Shown here: in pieces, positions 39,401-51,769 of the stretch
Layout of the letters: every line of letters begins with the position of its first letter
Position numbering within the stretch: position 1 is the stretch's first letter
From: Raillietiella orientalis
Taxonomy: Eukaryota
Assembly: GCA_036172245.1 (NCBI GenBank)
Contig: JAYWIR010000004.1
Coordinates: 3,224,001-3,288,000 of the forward strand
DNA length: 64,000 nucleotides
Direction: 5' to 3'
The notes under the pieces: model-generated
Database searches by the model: none
Told to the model about the DNA's origin: nothing
Seen by the model: the letters and a program-made list of their open reading frames with translations, nothing else
Program-made: the position numbers and the translations under genes

Positions 39401-42400
39401 AGATCCCCTAATCAGTACTGGTTGGTAGAGAAGCATTAAATCAAATTGACTGCCTTTTCCGAGGCTCTTGGATGCTGAAAGTGCACTTGGGTTTCGCGCA
39501 CCTGATCGCTGAGTTGCCGCACGCTTCTCGTAGGATGGAATTCACCGAGGAGGACTCCTTAGCCGTCTTCGTTTTCCGTTTTTTTCTTCTGCTGACTTCG
39601 CCCTGAGCTGCTTGATGCTCTCGTATCTTCAGGTGAGCTACGCTATCCCAATGCGTCGTAAATTTGCTGTCCCAGTCATAAAGTCGATAGCAGCAGCAAT
39701 CGAAACGGCTTGTGAGGGAGCCGCACAGCTAAGCGCGGTGCAAGTTTCCAGGTGTATTTGCAGAGCTTCCTGTTCTCAGGTGCACTTTTCGGGGGTTGGC
39801 GCATCTGAGTAAACCCATCGACACGATGAGGACAAGTTGAGGAGCACAATCAGTGTTGCCCATGTGTATTTGCGTGTGTGCATGTGTGTTTTTTTTTTTT
39901 GAATTTGTTTTCTCCTTTCTTCCAGGAAAAGGAAACACGAATTCAGCTCAGTCTAATCCAAAAATTCACACATGAGAGATGAAAAACTCTCCCCCGAAAT
40001 GCTGATGATGCTTTCAATAACCGCACAGTCTCGATATCTGAACTCTTCCCTTCGAAAAGCGCTGCTTCTGAGAACTGCAATGGTGCACTCTCTTGATGGA
40101 CTTCTTTCGGAGGCCAGCTGACACAGCTGAGAGTCTCAAAGTCCGGTGTCTCTTGCTATCTCCCGAATCCTCATCATCCTTTGCCTCATGGCTCGTTGCG
40201 CAGGAAGACAAAATGAGGGTATGCAGAGTTCCGATGGAAGCGGCTGACGAGGAAGTTCACAGGACGACTGTCTTCAAAGACTTTGAGAATTAGCGAAGTA
40301 ACCGAAGAAACAATTCGTACAATCAGTTCCCTAAGATCCTTGGAACCATCCATTGCCAGGGTCTCAGTCGCTTGCCAGCCATTATGATGCATATAAACTT
40401 ATCTCTAGTAAATCTCTTTTTGTCTTTAAGGATCCGACGAAAGGCACCTGCCTCTGTGCGTTCAACTCTGTTGGCCGCAGAAATCAGCTTTTCTTTGCCA
40501 AACAAAGGGTGCTTGCATAATAAGAAACTCATCGTGGAAAGTGTTGGCAGGTCGCTTGGTCTGATCGCTGCTGCAACAGATTTTTTACACTTTAGTTCTT
40601 AGAATGTGGGTCATCCAACTGGAATTCGTCTTCAAGGAAGGTGGAAGAAAGCATGGCCGACACGGAAGGTGAAACCACAGCCACACGTCCCAGCAACGCT
40701 GCAAAAGAGAACAATTGCTCCCTCTTACCATCCTAAGATCAGTTCATTCGTATTTTGTGGGTATCGAGAGATCTGGGTCGAAACAGACCACAGCCCTCCA
40801 TCACCTGCTCTCTGGTTATTTTTGTGGTTTTGATTTCGGATCGGAAACTACACGCTCGCCTTCTGGAGTGTGCCTCGTCCTTCTTTGTGGTTGATCTTGA
40901 AGAGGAAGGAGTCTGTGAATGCCAGGAAACATACCTGCCAAACTTTTCTTTCTCCCTCACGTGGATGTTCGCTTACTGCCCCCAAAAATATTCATGTTGG
41001 CTGTTTATCTGCTTGCCATCTCTCACGTGCAACAACTACTTGCCTTTCTTTCCCTGTGCGAACCCCATAGTAGTCATAGAATAGTGGAGGAGGACCCAAA
41101 TGAATGCCGTGGCCATCCTCGCATCAAATAGCGTTCCATCATCTTTCCTCGTGGATAGTCGGGGGGGAAAAATAAGGCTATTAAAAGTTGAGGAAAAAAC
41201 ACATACACACGAGCTCATTTTTGTGCCACAGCACGAGTGCCTTGCGTGACACCATGCGTTCTTTGAGCAAACGCGAATGAATCCCCTCTGGAAACATTCC
41301 GTAAACGCAGATCGATTTCTTGACTTCCTCGTTTTCAGAGGAGAACTGCTCGGCCGCGGAACAGAAATGTCTTTCGCCCAAAAGCTTGTTCCTCGTGTTG
41401 TTCAAGTCCGCAGCCGTAGGCACACTCCTAGATGAGCACTTTGTTGAGACCCAGAATTACTGCCTTGGAAGTTTGGATCCACAATTAAAAAATCGCGTTC
41501 CAACTCTTGAGACTTCCTGAGAATGGGGACGCTTCAGAAAGAAGGATCTGTGCACCTTCGAATGCGCGTGCCATGATCCATCGGGAAGCCAAGGTTGGTT
41601 GCAACATCTACCGATCCTTTCGTGTTTCTTGATGACTCCTCTCGATTCATCTCGATTTCTGAGCTTGATGCCCTCTGGGCGATAATTCGTGCTCAGCCTG
41701 CTTGGGTGCACGATTGAAATCACCACGCAAAGCGCTCTGACACCGGGTTCACTTAACTTGCATCAACCTGCCCCATCTCCGGTTACCCCGAGCTATCACC
41801 CTAGCCGTGAACTCATCTTCTGTCATCTGGTTAACTCTTCAAACGAAAGCCCCCATTTTCCGTGACTGAGATCGCATCGTCAGTCAGCCGTGACTCCCAA
41901 ATCTTCTTCCTTATCGTATTGCTGGCCAATGAAGGTTTAAGGGTTAGTGGAAGGAAAACTCAAGGGAAGAATTGTCCATCATCTCCACGGTGCGGGCTAC
42001 TTGGTCATCTGGACATTGGTGATGATCTCATGCAGTCCACACAGTTCCATTTGCAGACCTCCTCGGAAAGCTTAGTCTTCCGGACTCACTGCAGCCACCG
42101 AACGAGATTCGAACTCGCTTCTTCGAGATCCAGATACGCAGGCTCTCGAGAAATGCTGTCTGCAGGAACATCCCATGAGGGAAGCAGGTTTTCGTCGATA
42201 TTTGCTCCTGTTTCTCCAAGTTCACTCCAGGATCGCTACTTGAAAACGAGCAACGCTTTCCAAGGCTTCGTGCGGGACTTCTCGAGGAGCCAGGATTCTT
42301 TAACAAAAATGTTCTTCGGCTTCTCTTCTACTCAAGGACATCGGAGAACATCAGGGGTAATCCTTTCGGTAATCGGGATCCCTATCGATCAAGATCTGTC

Positions 42401-43452
42401 TCAGCTCCTGGAAGTTGCAACTACCTTCAGGGTGGTTCTCTCTTTCAGAGAGACTGTCCTGGAGTGTATGGAAAACACTCTACGGTAAAACCTCAGTATC
42501 TCTTGTCTTTTTCCTTTAAAGCTGTTTCTTTTCTGTCTTCCACCTCTTCCGCGGTGGAAGGAAAAGGCTTTCGATCTCTCCCCTCAGGCAGCCAAGCAAC
42601 CTTTCCACGTCATCTCCAACCTTTCTGTCTTCCTTTTGTAGGATTCCAGCCTCCTCACTGAACTTCCGTTGCTCGAGTTCGCTCCCGCAGCTGCTCGATC
42701 TTTCCTGAATTTCTCACGATCTAATCAGCAGCACTCTTTTTTCGGAGGCACGTGACCAATGTAACTAGTCCAAGCATCATTCATTCAGCGGACTCTCAGA
42801 TCTTCCGCAACATTTCCTAGATTGCTGCACAGTTCCATTTTGAGAGCTTGAAACACCGAGCTGGTGGCCACTTTCACGAGATGGCTACTGTTCCTTCCAC
42901 TGTTGCCCAGAACCGCCTCTTCGGCGCAGTAGTCGCTAGCTCCTCACTCGAGCCAGCGACTTGCAGCTTCCATTCTTCGTACTCATAACCTTCTCTTCTG
43001 TGGATCCATCCCGAACGACCACACTATCAGTTCCATTCGGATTTTGTGGAAAAGCTCGAGATCGGTACTCCTCGCGCAGACATCTGATTGCATGACCTGC
43101 TGGTTCTACCCTTAAGCTTCGATCTAGCATCCGCCTTCAGTCCCTTTGTTCGTAATCACCTTGGTGACGCAGACAGAAAGAAACTGCAACGCTCATCAAA
43201 GCTACCAGGACTCCAGCAATCGAAAATGATTCAGGAGTCTCAATCTAGGCACACACGCACAAAACCCCGTGCAATTAGAAGATCCCTTTCGCCGCGGTTT
43301 GGTTTCGCTGACTTCCGGTAGGGGGGGAAAGTCTCTCGCTTCAACATGCAATCGCAATAGCGACGCTCGAGTTCAAGCAGTAGCCGTTCCTTTTCGATCT
43401 GGATGCTTGCAAGTGGATCGCCGCCAGCGGCATCATCATCCCTTCTTGAGAA

Positions 43453-44421
43453 TTTCGGAGGCTCCTCCACGACGTGAGCGACGACCCTCACAATGCTTCC
43501 AGCAGGAATTCCGGCAGCGCAGCGCGTCCGAGCACGACCTCGAGTCACGCCGACCCCTCTCTGGCGCGCCCCCCGCCTGCTTCTCGGTAAGTTTCCCGTC
43601 CCCTCAGCGTCAGCGCTCGTAGCGGCGTCGAGCGGGATGGTCGCGTTCCCGCCGTGCGCTGTGCCGCAGCCTCAGGTCAGGCTGCAGATGTCCCCGGAAC
43701 GGGCTGGCCGGAGGCTACCAACTACCAGGGTAGCTCTTTTGATCCGAGTCACGAACTCGTCGCAACTCTCCGCGGTCGTCGTCTGAACGCTGAAGAATCC
43801 CCTCGGGGCTCAATTCCGGAGTTCCTTTCCGTTCCTGTCCACCTCGTACGCGCAAGGGTCGCTCCTGATACGAGCGATGGTCCGCTCAGGCCGATGACCT
43901 CACGAGTGAAGCTGCGAACCGGAGAAGGTGCTGGCTGGCCCGCGCGAGTCGGGCAGCAGCGAGCATCCCGCAGCCGGATACTGCCCGACGCGGGAGCGTT
44001 CTTTCCTGGACACGAGCTTCTGTTTCGCTTCGGGTCCAGGGAGCTGTGCTCAGGCCCGAGGCGCTTTCCTTTCTCGATGAGCGTTCGGACCGTCGAGTAC
44101 CCCAACGTCACGACGGGTCTCTTCCTCTTCGCAACGTCCGCGCTTCGGCCGAGTTCTTGCGGACACCGCCTCCTTCCTGCCGCCCATCGTCAGGGGCTTA
44201 GCCCGAAGTTCGAGCCTTCCGGCGCAGGTCCGCCTGCGAGCGGTCGCCGGGACCCACAACAGGGCAGGCACCCCGCGGACGCCGCATTGGACAGGCGGGG
44301 GCGGGGCGGGGGCTCCCGGTGCGCGGAGCCGCGACGAGGATCCGCTGCTCCGTCTCCCCGGGTGCCCTGCTCCCGGCTTGCGGATCGTCGAGGCTCCGAC
44401 CGACGGTCCCTTGCTGGTGAC
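43453..44421 (+). repeat. Left arm of a 969-bp inverted repeat
   Basis: Reverse complement of 47473-48441; the ORF track gives identical peptides on opposite strands (43493..43786+ = 48108..48401-, 43749..44111- = 47783..48145+). Confidence 0.97.
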
Positions 44422-44849
44422 GGACTAGGAGTCGTGGGTAGGTAGGTGCTTCGCTCGAGAACGTGGCAGTGGTGCTCACCAGGTGCTTACGTCAGATAGG
44501 AACCGAGGAGCGTTTCTCCCCTCCTCGTCTGGGGCCAGGCCGAGCCTGCGTCAGGGCCCTAATAATCGGCTTGCAGAAATCGAGCAATCCCGAAAACGAT
44601 GGAGCTTTGCGTAAGCTGGAAATCTCTCGGCTGGGTGCAGAGCTGAAGGAGGAGAGGTTGTTTCGGAGCCTGCAGGGAAATCTCGTCACCCGGACATCGT
44701 GGAAGTCTCATTCGAGTGCCAGCGAATCACGCAGCAGAAGGAAGCCTCACGTTCCAGCTGGTCTATTCTTATCGGAAAGAACGGGCGAGTTGAAATGCTC
44801 CCTTCGAAGAGCAAAACCCTGCACCGAGGCAATGAGACTGCTGGCTAGA

Positions 44850-45800
44850 CACGTATGAAGAGACTGGGCACTCGTGAAGTCAACACCCAAGTCCTAGAAG
44901 GCTGGACGTAACATCGGAAACGCACTCTTGCACGGCCAATGGATTTTTAAGGGTTCCTACCTCAAGGTCCATTATTAAGGTCAAGACTGCAAGGCGGTTC
45001 CTAATCGAATTCTCATGGGATTTTCCAACCCACTCGTTGTAACTAGCAGTTGTCTTTCCGCTCGCCGAGGGAAGCAGAGAGTGTCTCAGCAGTGTTTCAG
45101 TAGGGTAATGTTTCGGTTTTGTAATCAGAAAGCAAAGGGTCCACGCATCATCCTTCAAAAACACTCAGACATGCCCTTGAAACGTTCCCGGTGCTCGTGG
45201 ACCCTTCGATGATGGACTGGCTGAGTGTTTTAACTCTTTCCCCATTATCGGGCGCTACAAGCGGAAACACAGTAACGAAAACAGTGGCGGCGGCTTTCCC
45301 AATCGTGTCCACGGATCCATTAGCTTGCAGAGCAAATATCTTCGCATCTTTTATATGGTCTTCGATGTGGTTCGATAGCGTTCAACTCATCGCTGATGCG
45401 TCTGTGCTGCTCGGACGATCTCTGGAAGGAATCCTCACTGTTTCCCTGTCATATCACAGAGTTTTTGCAAGTTTCCTGCAAGTGGATTGGGTTTCTCTCG
45501 CTCTTCTCAGCTGCTCTGAGCCTTGCTACATTCTGCCCACTAGCAGACAACCCGTCGCCGTAGTATCTGCTTCCATTTTTGGTTCTAAGCAAGCAGAATG
45601 CCTGCCGTTCTCTAGAGCAGTGGCGCATAAAAAAAAAGTCAACAGCTTCAACCGATAAGGAAGTCTTTGCTTTTCAAGTTGAATTGTTTCTTCCGCCAGA
45701 AAAATGTCTACAAAGGCGTGACTCTTGAGGATGTAGCTCCTCCTCAATCCTTGCGCGAGGTGGCGAGCCCAGCTGCTATAGTTGCATTTCTTGTTGATCT
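44850..45800 (-). mobile_element. Decayed hAT-superfamily transposase (Charlie/Buster/SPIN-like) inside the inverted-repeat spacer
   Basis: Minus frame ~45440-45270 reads IPSRDRPSSTDASAMS*TLSNHIEDHIKDAKIFALQANGSVDTIGKAAATVFV, resembling the hAT FALQxDESTD..A...FV catalytic region; upstream SSWARHL resembles the zinc-finger LxRHL. Multiple stops. Confidence 0.55.
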
Positions 45801-47472
45801 CTCCCTCTTTTGAGGAGTGCTTTCAGAGCCATGTTGAAACTCCCGCGTGCTGCTGACTTTCTTTTTTCCTTTTTTTTTCTAACCGGATGACTCCCAAACT
45901 CCCCCCAGCATCTACATGGTCTCTTTCTGGCCTCATTTCTTCATAGCGGTTCGGTTAAACCATTGCGAATAGATGGAGGGCACTTGACATGGTTCCGTTG
46001 CGAACAAACGAAATCCCCACGCACGAATGGGCAAACGATCCTCATCGGACGAGGTCTAAGGAGACGTCTCATCCTTGGCTTCTTCTGTCTCTGGCATCCA
46101 GAGATCGAACGCACCTGAGAGGGCATTCAGTCCTCGAAATGCGCGTTGGGGTGGGCCACTGTGGGTAGCGTGTCCATTCTGGTCGCTCAGCTGCCGGCTG
46201 AGCGCAGATAGGCGGCAGGAATGAGAGAAGTAACCGCGTGGCTACCGAAAAGGTCCCTGAAAAAAAGGCGAGTGCAACCCATCAGACTGGGCGGAAGTGT
46301 GCGTCATCGACGCTTTTTATTGGTGCGATGGATTTCCCCGCACGCTTGGAAATCGTTCTTGACTCACTGATGGCATATGTACACAAAGAAACGTGTTGAT
46401 TCGTTCAGATAAACACAAGAACGGACGAAAGTCGGCAGGTAAACACTAAAATGGATCACTCCACATGCAATTACAGTGTATGCGGAGGGTAGTTGTGGAA
46501 CAGGTGCACGCGTGGACGACCGCGCTCGGACCTACTTAGGGACGCGCTCAATTTCCCCGTCTGTCAACGACGAAGACTAGCTCCGCTGCACAATGGGAAT
46601 TCCAGAGACGTAGCAACCGTGCGCTCTCGCGAGCGCCAGTAGCGTGGTCGCAGGCGCGACCTTGAACGACACCTGCCTCTGCTGTTGCCGCTGCCGCCGG
46701 TGTGTTCCTAGAGCCTTCAAGGAAAACAAGGAAATGACCAGCACACCGCGAAAATCTGCGTCACTCTCAAGAGAGGGCTTCTGCGGAAACTCCCGGCAAG
46801 GCCTTCGGGACGCCTCGAACCCTATATAGAGGATTTCGACCTCAGGACTGGCGGCTCTTGTCCCTGGTCTCTGGCGTCCATGCTTATCCTGAGCACATTG
46901 CCGCCTCTTTTCCACGGGGGAGGTTAAGAAATGTTGACCATCATTCTTCCCAGCGCCGTGGAGAATGGCATAGGAAAGCCTCGTGTCTTCTGTGTTTCTC
47001 CAAGCGGAACTCCGTTTCCAGCCAGATCCAATTTGGGGGATGAAACAGCAGCACTCATTATCTTGGACGTATCCAAAGGGATATGGCTGCTTCTTTCTAG
47101 AATAGAAGGGAGTCGAGGGAGAGGAACTTTTTTTTAATCACCGATGCAGTGCATTAGAATCCACAAGGATGGAAAGAGTTCCCCATCTCCCTCATCTCTC
47201 TTTCTTGGAAGGTGCAGCTAGCATCTGAGAGTGGCAATTTTCTTCTGGAGCCGCACACCTAGGAGCTGCATCTCACGTGCTTTCAGGATTCGCTTCCGGG
47301 TTCACTCACATCCTCCGCCCTGCCTTCGTGATATGCGCAGTATGGTTCTCTGGGATGCGCGCCAACAGGACCGAGAACTGCGCGCGCCTCCGACACCTGG
47401 GGCAGGAGGCATCCGCTCGCGCTTCTCAGAGACGGGAAGACCCTCGTGGTGCGCACGCGCGCCTCCTCGTTT

Positions 47473-48441
47473 GTCACCAGCAAGGGACCGTCGGTCGGAG
47501 CCTCGACGATCCGCAAGCCGGGAGCAGGGCACCCGGGGAGACGGAGCAGCGGATCCTCGTCGCGGCTCCGCGCACCGGGAGCCCCCGCCCCGCCCCCGCC
47601 TGTCCAATGCGGCGTCCGCGGGGTGCCTGCCCTGTTGTGGGTCCCGGCGACCGCTCGCAGGCGGACCTGCGCCGGAAGGCTCGAACTTCGGGCTAAGCCC
47701 CTGACGATGGGCGGCAGGAAGGAGGCGGTGTCCGCAAGAACTCGGCCGAAGCGCGGACGTTGCGAAGAGGAAGAGACCCGTCGTGACGTTGGGGTACTCG
47801 ACGGTCCGAACGCTCATCGAGAAAGGAAAGCGCCTCGGGCCTGAGCACAGCTCCCTGGACCCGAAGCGAAACAGAAGCTCGTGTCCAGGAAAGAACGCTC
47901 CCGCGTCGGGCAGTATCCGGCTGCGGGATGCTCGCTGCTGCCCGACTCGCGCGGGCCAGCCAGCACCTTCTCCGGTTCGCAGCTTCACTCGTGAGGTCAT
48001 CGGCCTGAGCGGACCATCGCTCGTATCAGGAGCGACCCTTGCGCGTACGAGGTGGACAGGAACGGAAAGGAACTCCGGAATTGAGCCCCGAGGGGATTCT
48101 TCAGCGTTCAGACGACGACCGCGGAGAGTTGCGACGAGTTCGTGACTCGGATCAAAAGAGCTACCCTGGTAGTTGGTAGCCTCCGGCCAGCCCGTTCCGG
48201 GGACATCTGCAGCCTGACCTGAGGCTGCGGCACAGCGCACGGCGGGAACGCGACCATCCCGCTCGACGCCGCTACGAGCGCTGACGCTGAGGGGACGGGA
48301 AACTTACCGAGAAGCAGGCGGGGGGCGCGCCAGAGAGGGGTCGGCGTGACTCGAGGTCGTGCTCGGACGCGCTGCGCTGCCGGAATTCCTGCTGGAAGCA
48401 TTGTGAGGGTCGTCGCTCACGTCGTGGAGGAGCCTCCGAAA
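47473..48441 (-). repeat. Right arm of a 969-bp inverted repeat
   Basis: Reverse complement of 43453-44421, same length; the + strand at 48097-48159 reads FFSVQTTTAESCDEFVTRIKR (retrotransposon gag-like). Confidence 0.97.
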
Positions 48442-51400
48442 ACCACGGCCAAAGAGGGGAGGCAGGAGAGGAAGAAGACTGTGGAAACTCCTTCTACATC
48501 TGCTTGCATCTGTTTCCAAAGGCGATCTAATGTACCCAAATCGGAACGAAATTTCCTTCGTCCTGGAGAGCTCTCATTGCCGTCGCTATAGCCTGCATCC
48601 GGTATCCTTCGTCCAGAGGCCGTACAAGTCTCCGGAAAAGACTCCTCCTCTGCAATGAGACTTCGGAAACGATGCCTCCCTATCCCGTCGCTGATCCTCC
48701 AGCTTCATGCCTAGAAGAGCTGAGGGAAGTTCGCGTCCTGCAAAAGAGAGAGCAGGCGAATGCCCACCGCCTGCCGCTCCTTGTGTCCTCTTTGGGCCCT
48801 TCCCGATCATGAGCTCCTCCGGGTTGACTTCGGCGTGCCTTAGGTCATGCCTGCTTGCATCCTGTGACCACGCGTCGGGGCGGGGAGTAACCTTTTCTCG
48901 TTACCAGAAGACTACTCGTGTCCGGGAAGGTACGTACTCGAGCACCTGCGTCTTCCCATATCGTCCGAGAGAAGTTGGTGCGGGTGAGCTCAGTGACCAC
49001 AGGGTACCCTTCGTCGGACCCTCCCGTCCCTTCCTCTGTGGCCTGCCGGTTGCCCACCCTTCCAAAAATCGTCCGGGATGAACCCTCAATTTTTGATGGG
49101 TGATGATAATTACGATGGGTAGCGTCATTCCGCGTGAAATAATCATCAGGATTGATAATCGTCTGATAAATTGACAATTCTGACTCTGCATGATTATTAA
49201 GTATGAGTAATTACATCTATGTACATTCTCCCGGCATAAAATGGATAATAGTATTCTGAATCTAAGATCTATGGTGATCACAGATATGTAGAATGGGCGC
49301 GATACAACCTGCATGCGTTCTTGGTGTTTGCACTTGTTCGTGACACTTGCGCCCTCTCCCGAGAGTCCCCTCTCCTGCTCTTGAAAACAAGCGGAGTGTT
49401 TCGCCTATGCCGGAAGAGACTTCTGCGGGTACAGCAGGTGCCGGGCGCGCCTGTCCGGGAAGAAACCCATTGCCACGAGCACCCTTTATCCCCCACCTCC
49501 TTTTCTCCGGAGCTTCCCGCCCGAGTTTCGACCGGAGGGAGGAACGCTGCGAACTTTCCAGGATCATGCTCCCAGCTGGCGCCCTCGTTTCAGGGAGCGG
49601 AGGAGCTGACCACAGCTCAGTGCCCCTCGCCGAGAAGGTCCGACCTCGAGAGACCTTCTCCTCCTCGCCCCTCCCGGAGGACCCTGCCCCTTCCGACCAG
49701 GCGCGTCGCGATGGACTTGGCTGATCCTTCCTAAGGCAAGCCGTCGTCACTCCGTCCCTCTCTTCCCGGAGTCGATCCGTCGGGTGCAGGCGGAGGTCTG
49801 GAGAGGGCCGCTAGGAATGAAGGATGCGGGGGACACCTGAGGGAAGCTAGCGAGGTTTCCCGTTTCCGGGGAGGGGGAGGGGAGAGCTGGATCTCGTTCC
49901 CCTAGGGTTCAAGGCCGTCGAAAGAGCTTTGGCGTGTCTCCCGCTTCACTCGGACGAGGCCTTATGCAGGCGCGGGCGTCCATGTTCGGTGCCTCAGCGT
50001 TTCATTCCCCTTCCCCTTTCCCTTCCGGCAGTGATCCGCTTGACCTTCGCTGGTGGAAGGGAAGGGAAGCGGCAGGATGCTGACCACCGCCTTGTGCGCA
50101 TGACACGACCCAGGGATCCATTTGCAGTGCCGTCTCTGTATTTCTCTCTGCAATCTGTACGCTCGTCCAAATGAGGAGCATTTCGACTCGTCATCCAGCA
50201 TGCTCTGCCCCTGTTCGCTCCTTTACTCGCCTCTGTCCCTGATGATTGCCTCCTCGTCTAGCCTCCCCCCTTCCGTCTCCAGAAGGTTTGCAACCAGTTT
50301 GAGGGGAAAGCGAAGAGGAAACGCCTGTTTCCTTGGGAGGGTGTGGTCGGGAGCAGGCGTGTAAGATGCGCACCCGCGTTCCCTCAACCGTGCGCGTGCG
50401 CGCAAGCGCGGCTGTCCGTCGGTGGTCCTTCCCGAAAGCGCTTCCGGCAAGCCGAGCACGTTTTCAACTGCGCCGTGTCCACGTCTTCGTTGTGTGCTAG
50501 AAATGTTTGACGGAAGGGGAAGGAGGGGGGAGGGGGAAGCTGAGAGGAGCGGGGAGAAAGGTACAGTCAGTGACGTCAAGGGACTCTCCTACTTTGGATC
50601 GTTCCATCCACCCAGTTCCCTGGACGAGTCCGTATGCAGCCCAGTGCCAGCAGCCACGGCAACCGTTGAACTCTCCCTGCTGCCTTCAAGGCGAAGTCGC
50701 CGTACGAAGCTCAGCAGGAAAATACAACGCGACTGTAGCATGACCTTCTTCTTGAGGAGGACAACGACATGGCCCCGCTCAGCGGATTTTAGGATGCAGC
50801 TTGCCAGAATCCTGCACAGATGCAGAGGACCCCGAGGAAATAACGGCGGTCTCCCTCCCTTGCCCCTCCCCCCTACATAAAAAACCATGCATTTTTTTTC
50901 CATCTCTCTATTCGATAACCCTTTCCATCCATCACTAATGCGGACCGCACTGACAAGTCAGATGGCTTCTTGCCAGCTCACAAAGAATTCTTCGGACTTT
51001 GGCAGGAACCACTATCCCGCTATAAGTCGCTTTATTATTATTATTATTGTACGCTTGTTGTTGCAGGCGGCAATAAATGCCTTGGAGTCATCGTAGGGTA
51101 CCTAAGCGCAGGAGACATCGAGTGTGACAACCCGCCCCTCTCCTCAAAGCATCGATTAAGGTCAGAGTTTTGAATCGACCCTGGGAGTCGGCTGCTTTGA
51201 ATAGCTCACCAAACTCCACCAGCTCTCAGCGCTTTTGGATAGCTCCTTAGGTTTGGTCGACGATGTTCCCCATGTCTTCTGATCATAGAACAGGAGCATC
51301 TCACGCAATGGTTGAGAAAGTATGGGAGTGACTCTCCACGAATCTACGTGCGGTGTACTCCCTTTTTGGCAGGTGTCGCCCGCGCAGATATTGGCTGCGC

Positions 51401-51769
51401 AGGCCGCGGGTAGCAAGGACGAATCGACGGTCAGCGATTCCCAGATGTGCTGTGTCGAACAGGGAGGAGTTCAACGCATGCGAGGGTGTCGTCCAACTGC
51501 TTTCCCTTTATCCGGGTGCTTTTCTGGAAAAAAGTGCCATGCTCCGCTTTTCTGGACCGCACACAATCTGCAGGTCGATCTGCCCTTAACGTGTGGTCTG
51601 AATGGAAATTCAGCCAAGGTCATTCTTGGATCCGAGGATCGAGGATCCGAGCCTCCTGCATCTGATAAAAAGCTTGCCTTCCCACCACCCGTGAGCTCCT
51701 CGTGTCGCCTACTTTGCTTGCTCAGCTTCCTATCAATTTCTGAGGATTGACACCTGGTTACGCAGGGAC

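Noticed and set aside
39900..43400. Possible decayed LTR-retrotransposon pol on the minus strand (HHNGWQATETL..LRELIVRIV, integrase zinc-domain-like)
   Set aside because: Only one weak motif; no RT, LTRs or PBS recognisable.
43453..48441. Reading the inverted repeat as DIRS ITRs or hAT TIRs of an intact element
   Set aside because: No intact RT, recombinase or transposase ORF inside, no TSD, and arm length and content do not fit hAT ends.
51480..51620. BED-finger-like TCRLC...HFFPEKHP on the minus strand
   Set aside because: Isolated motif without a recognisable downstream transposase core.
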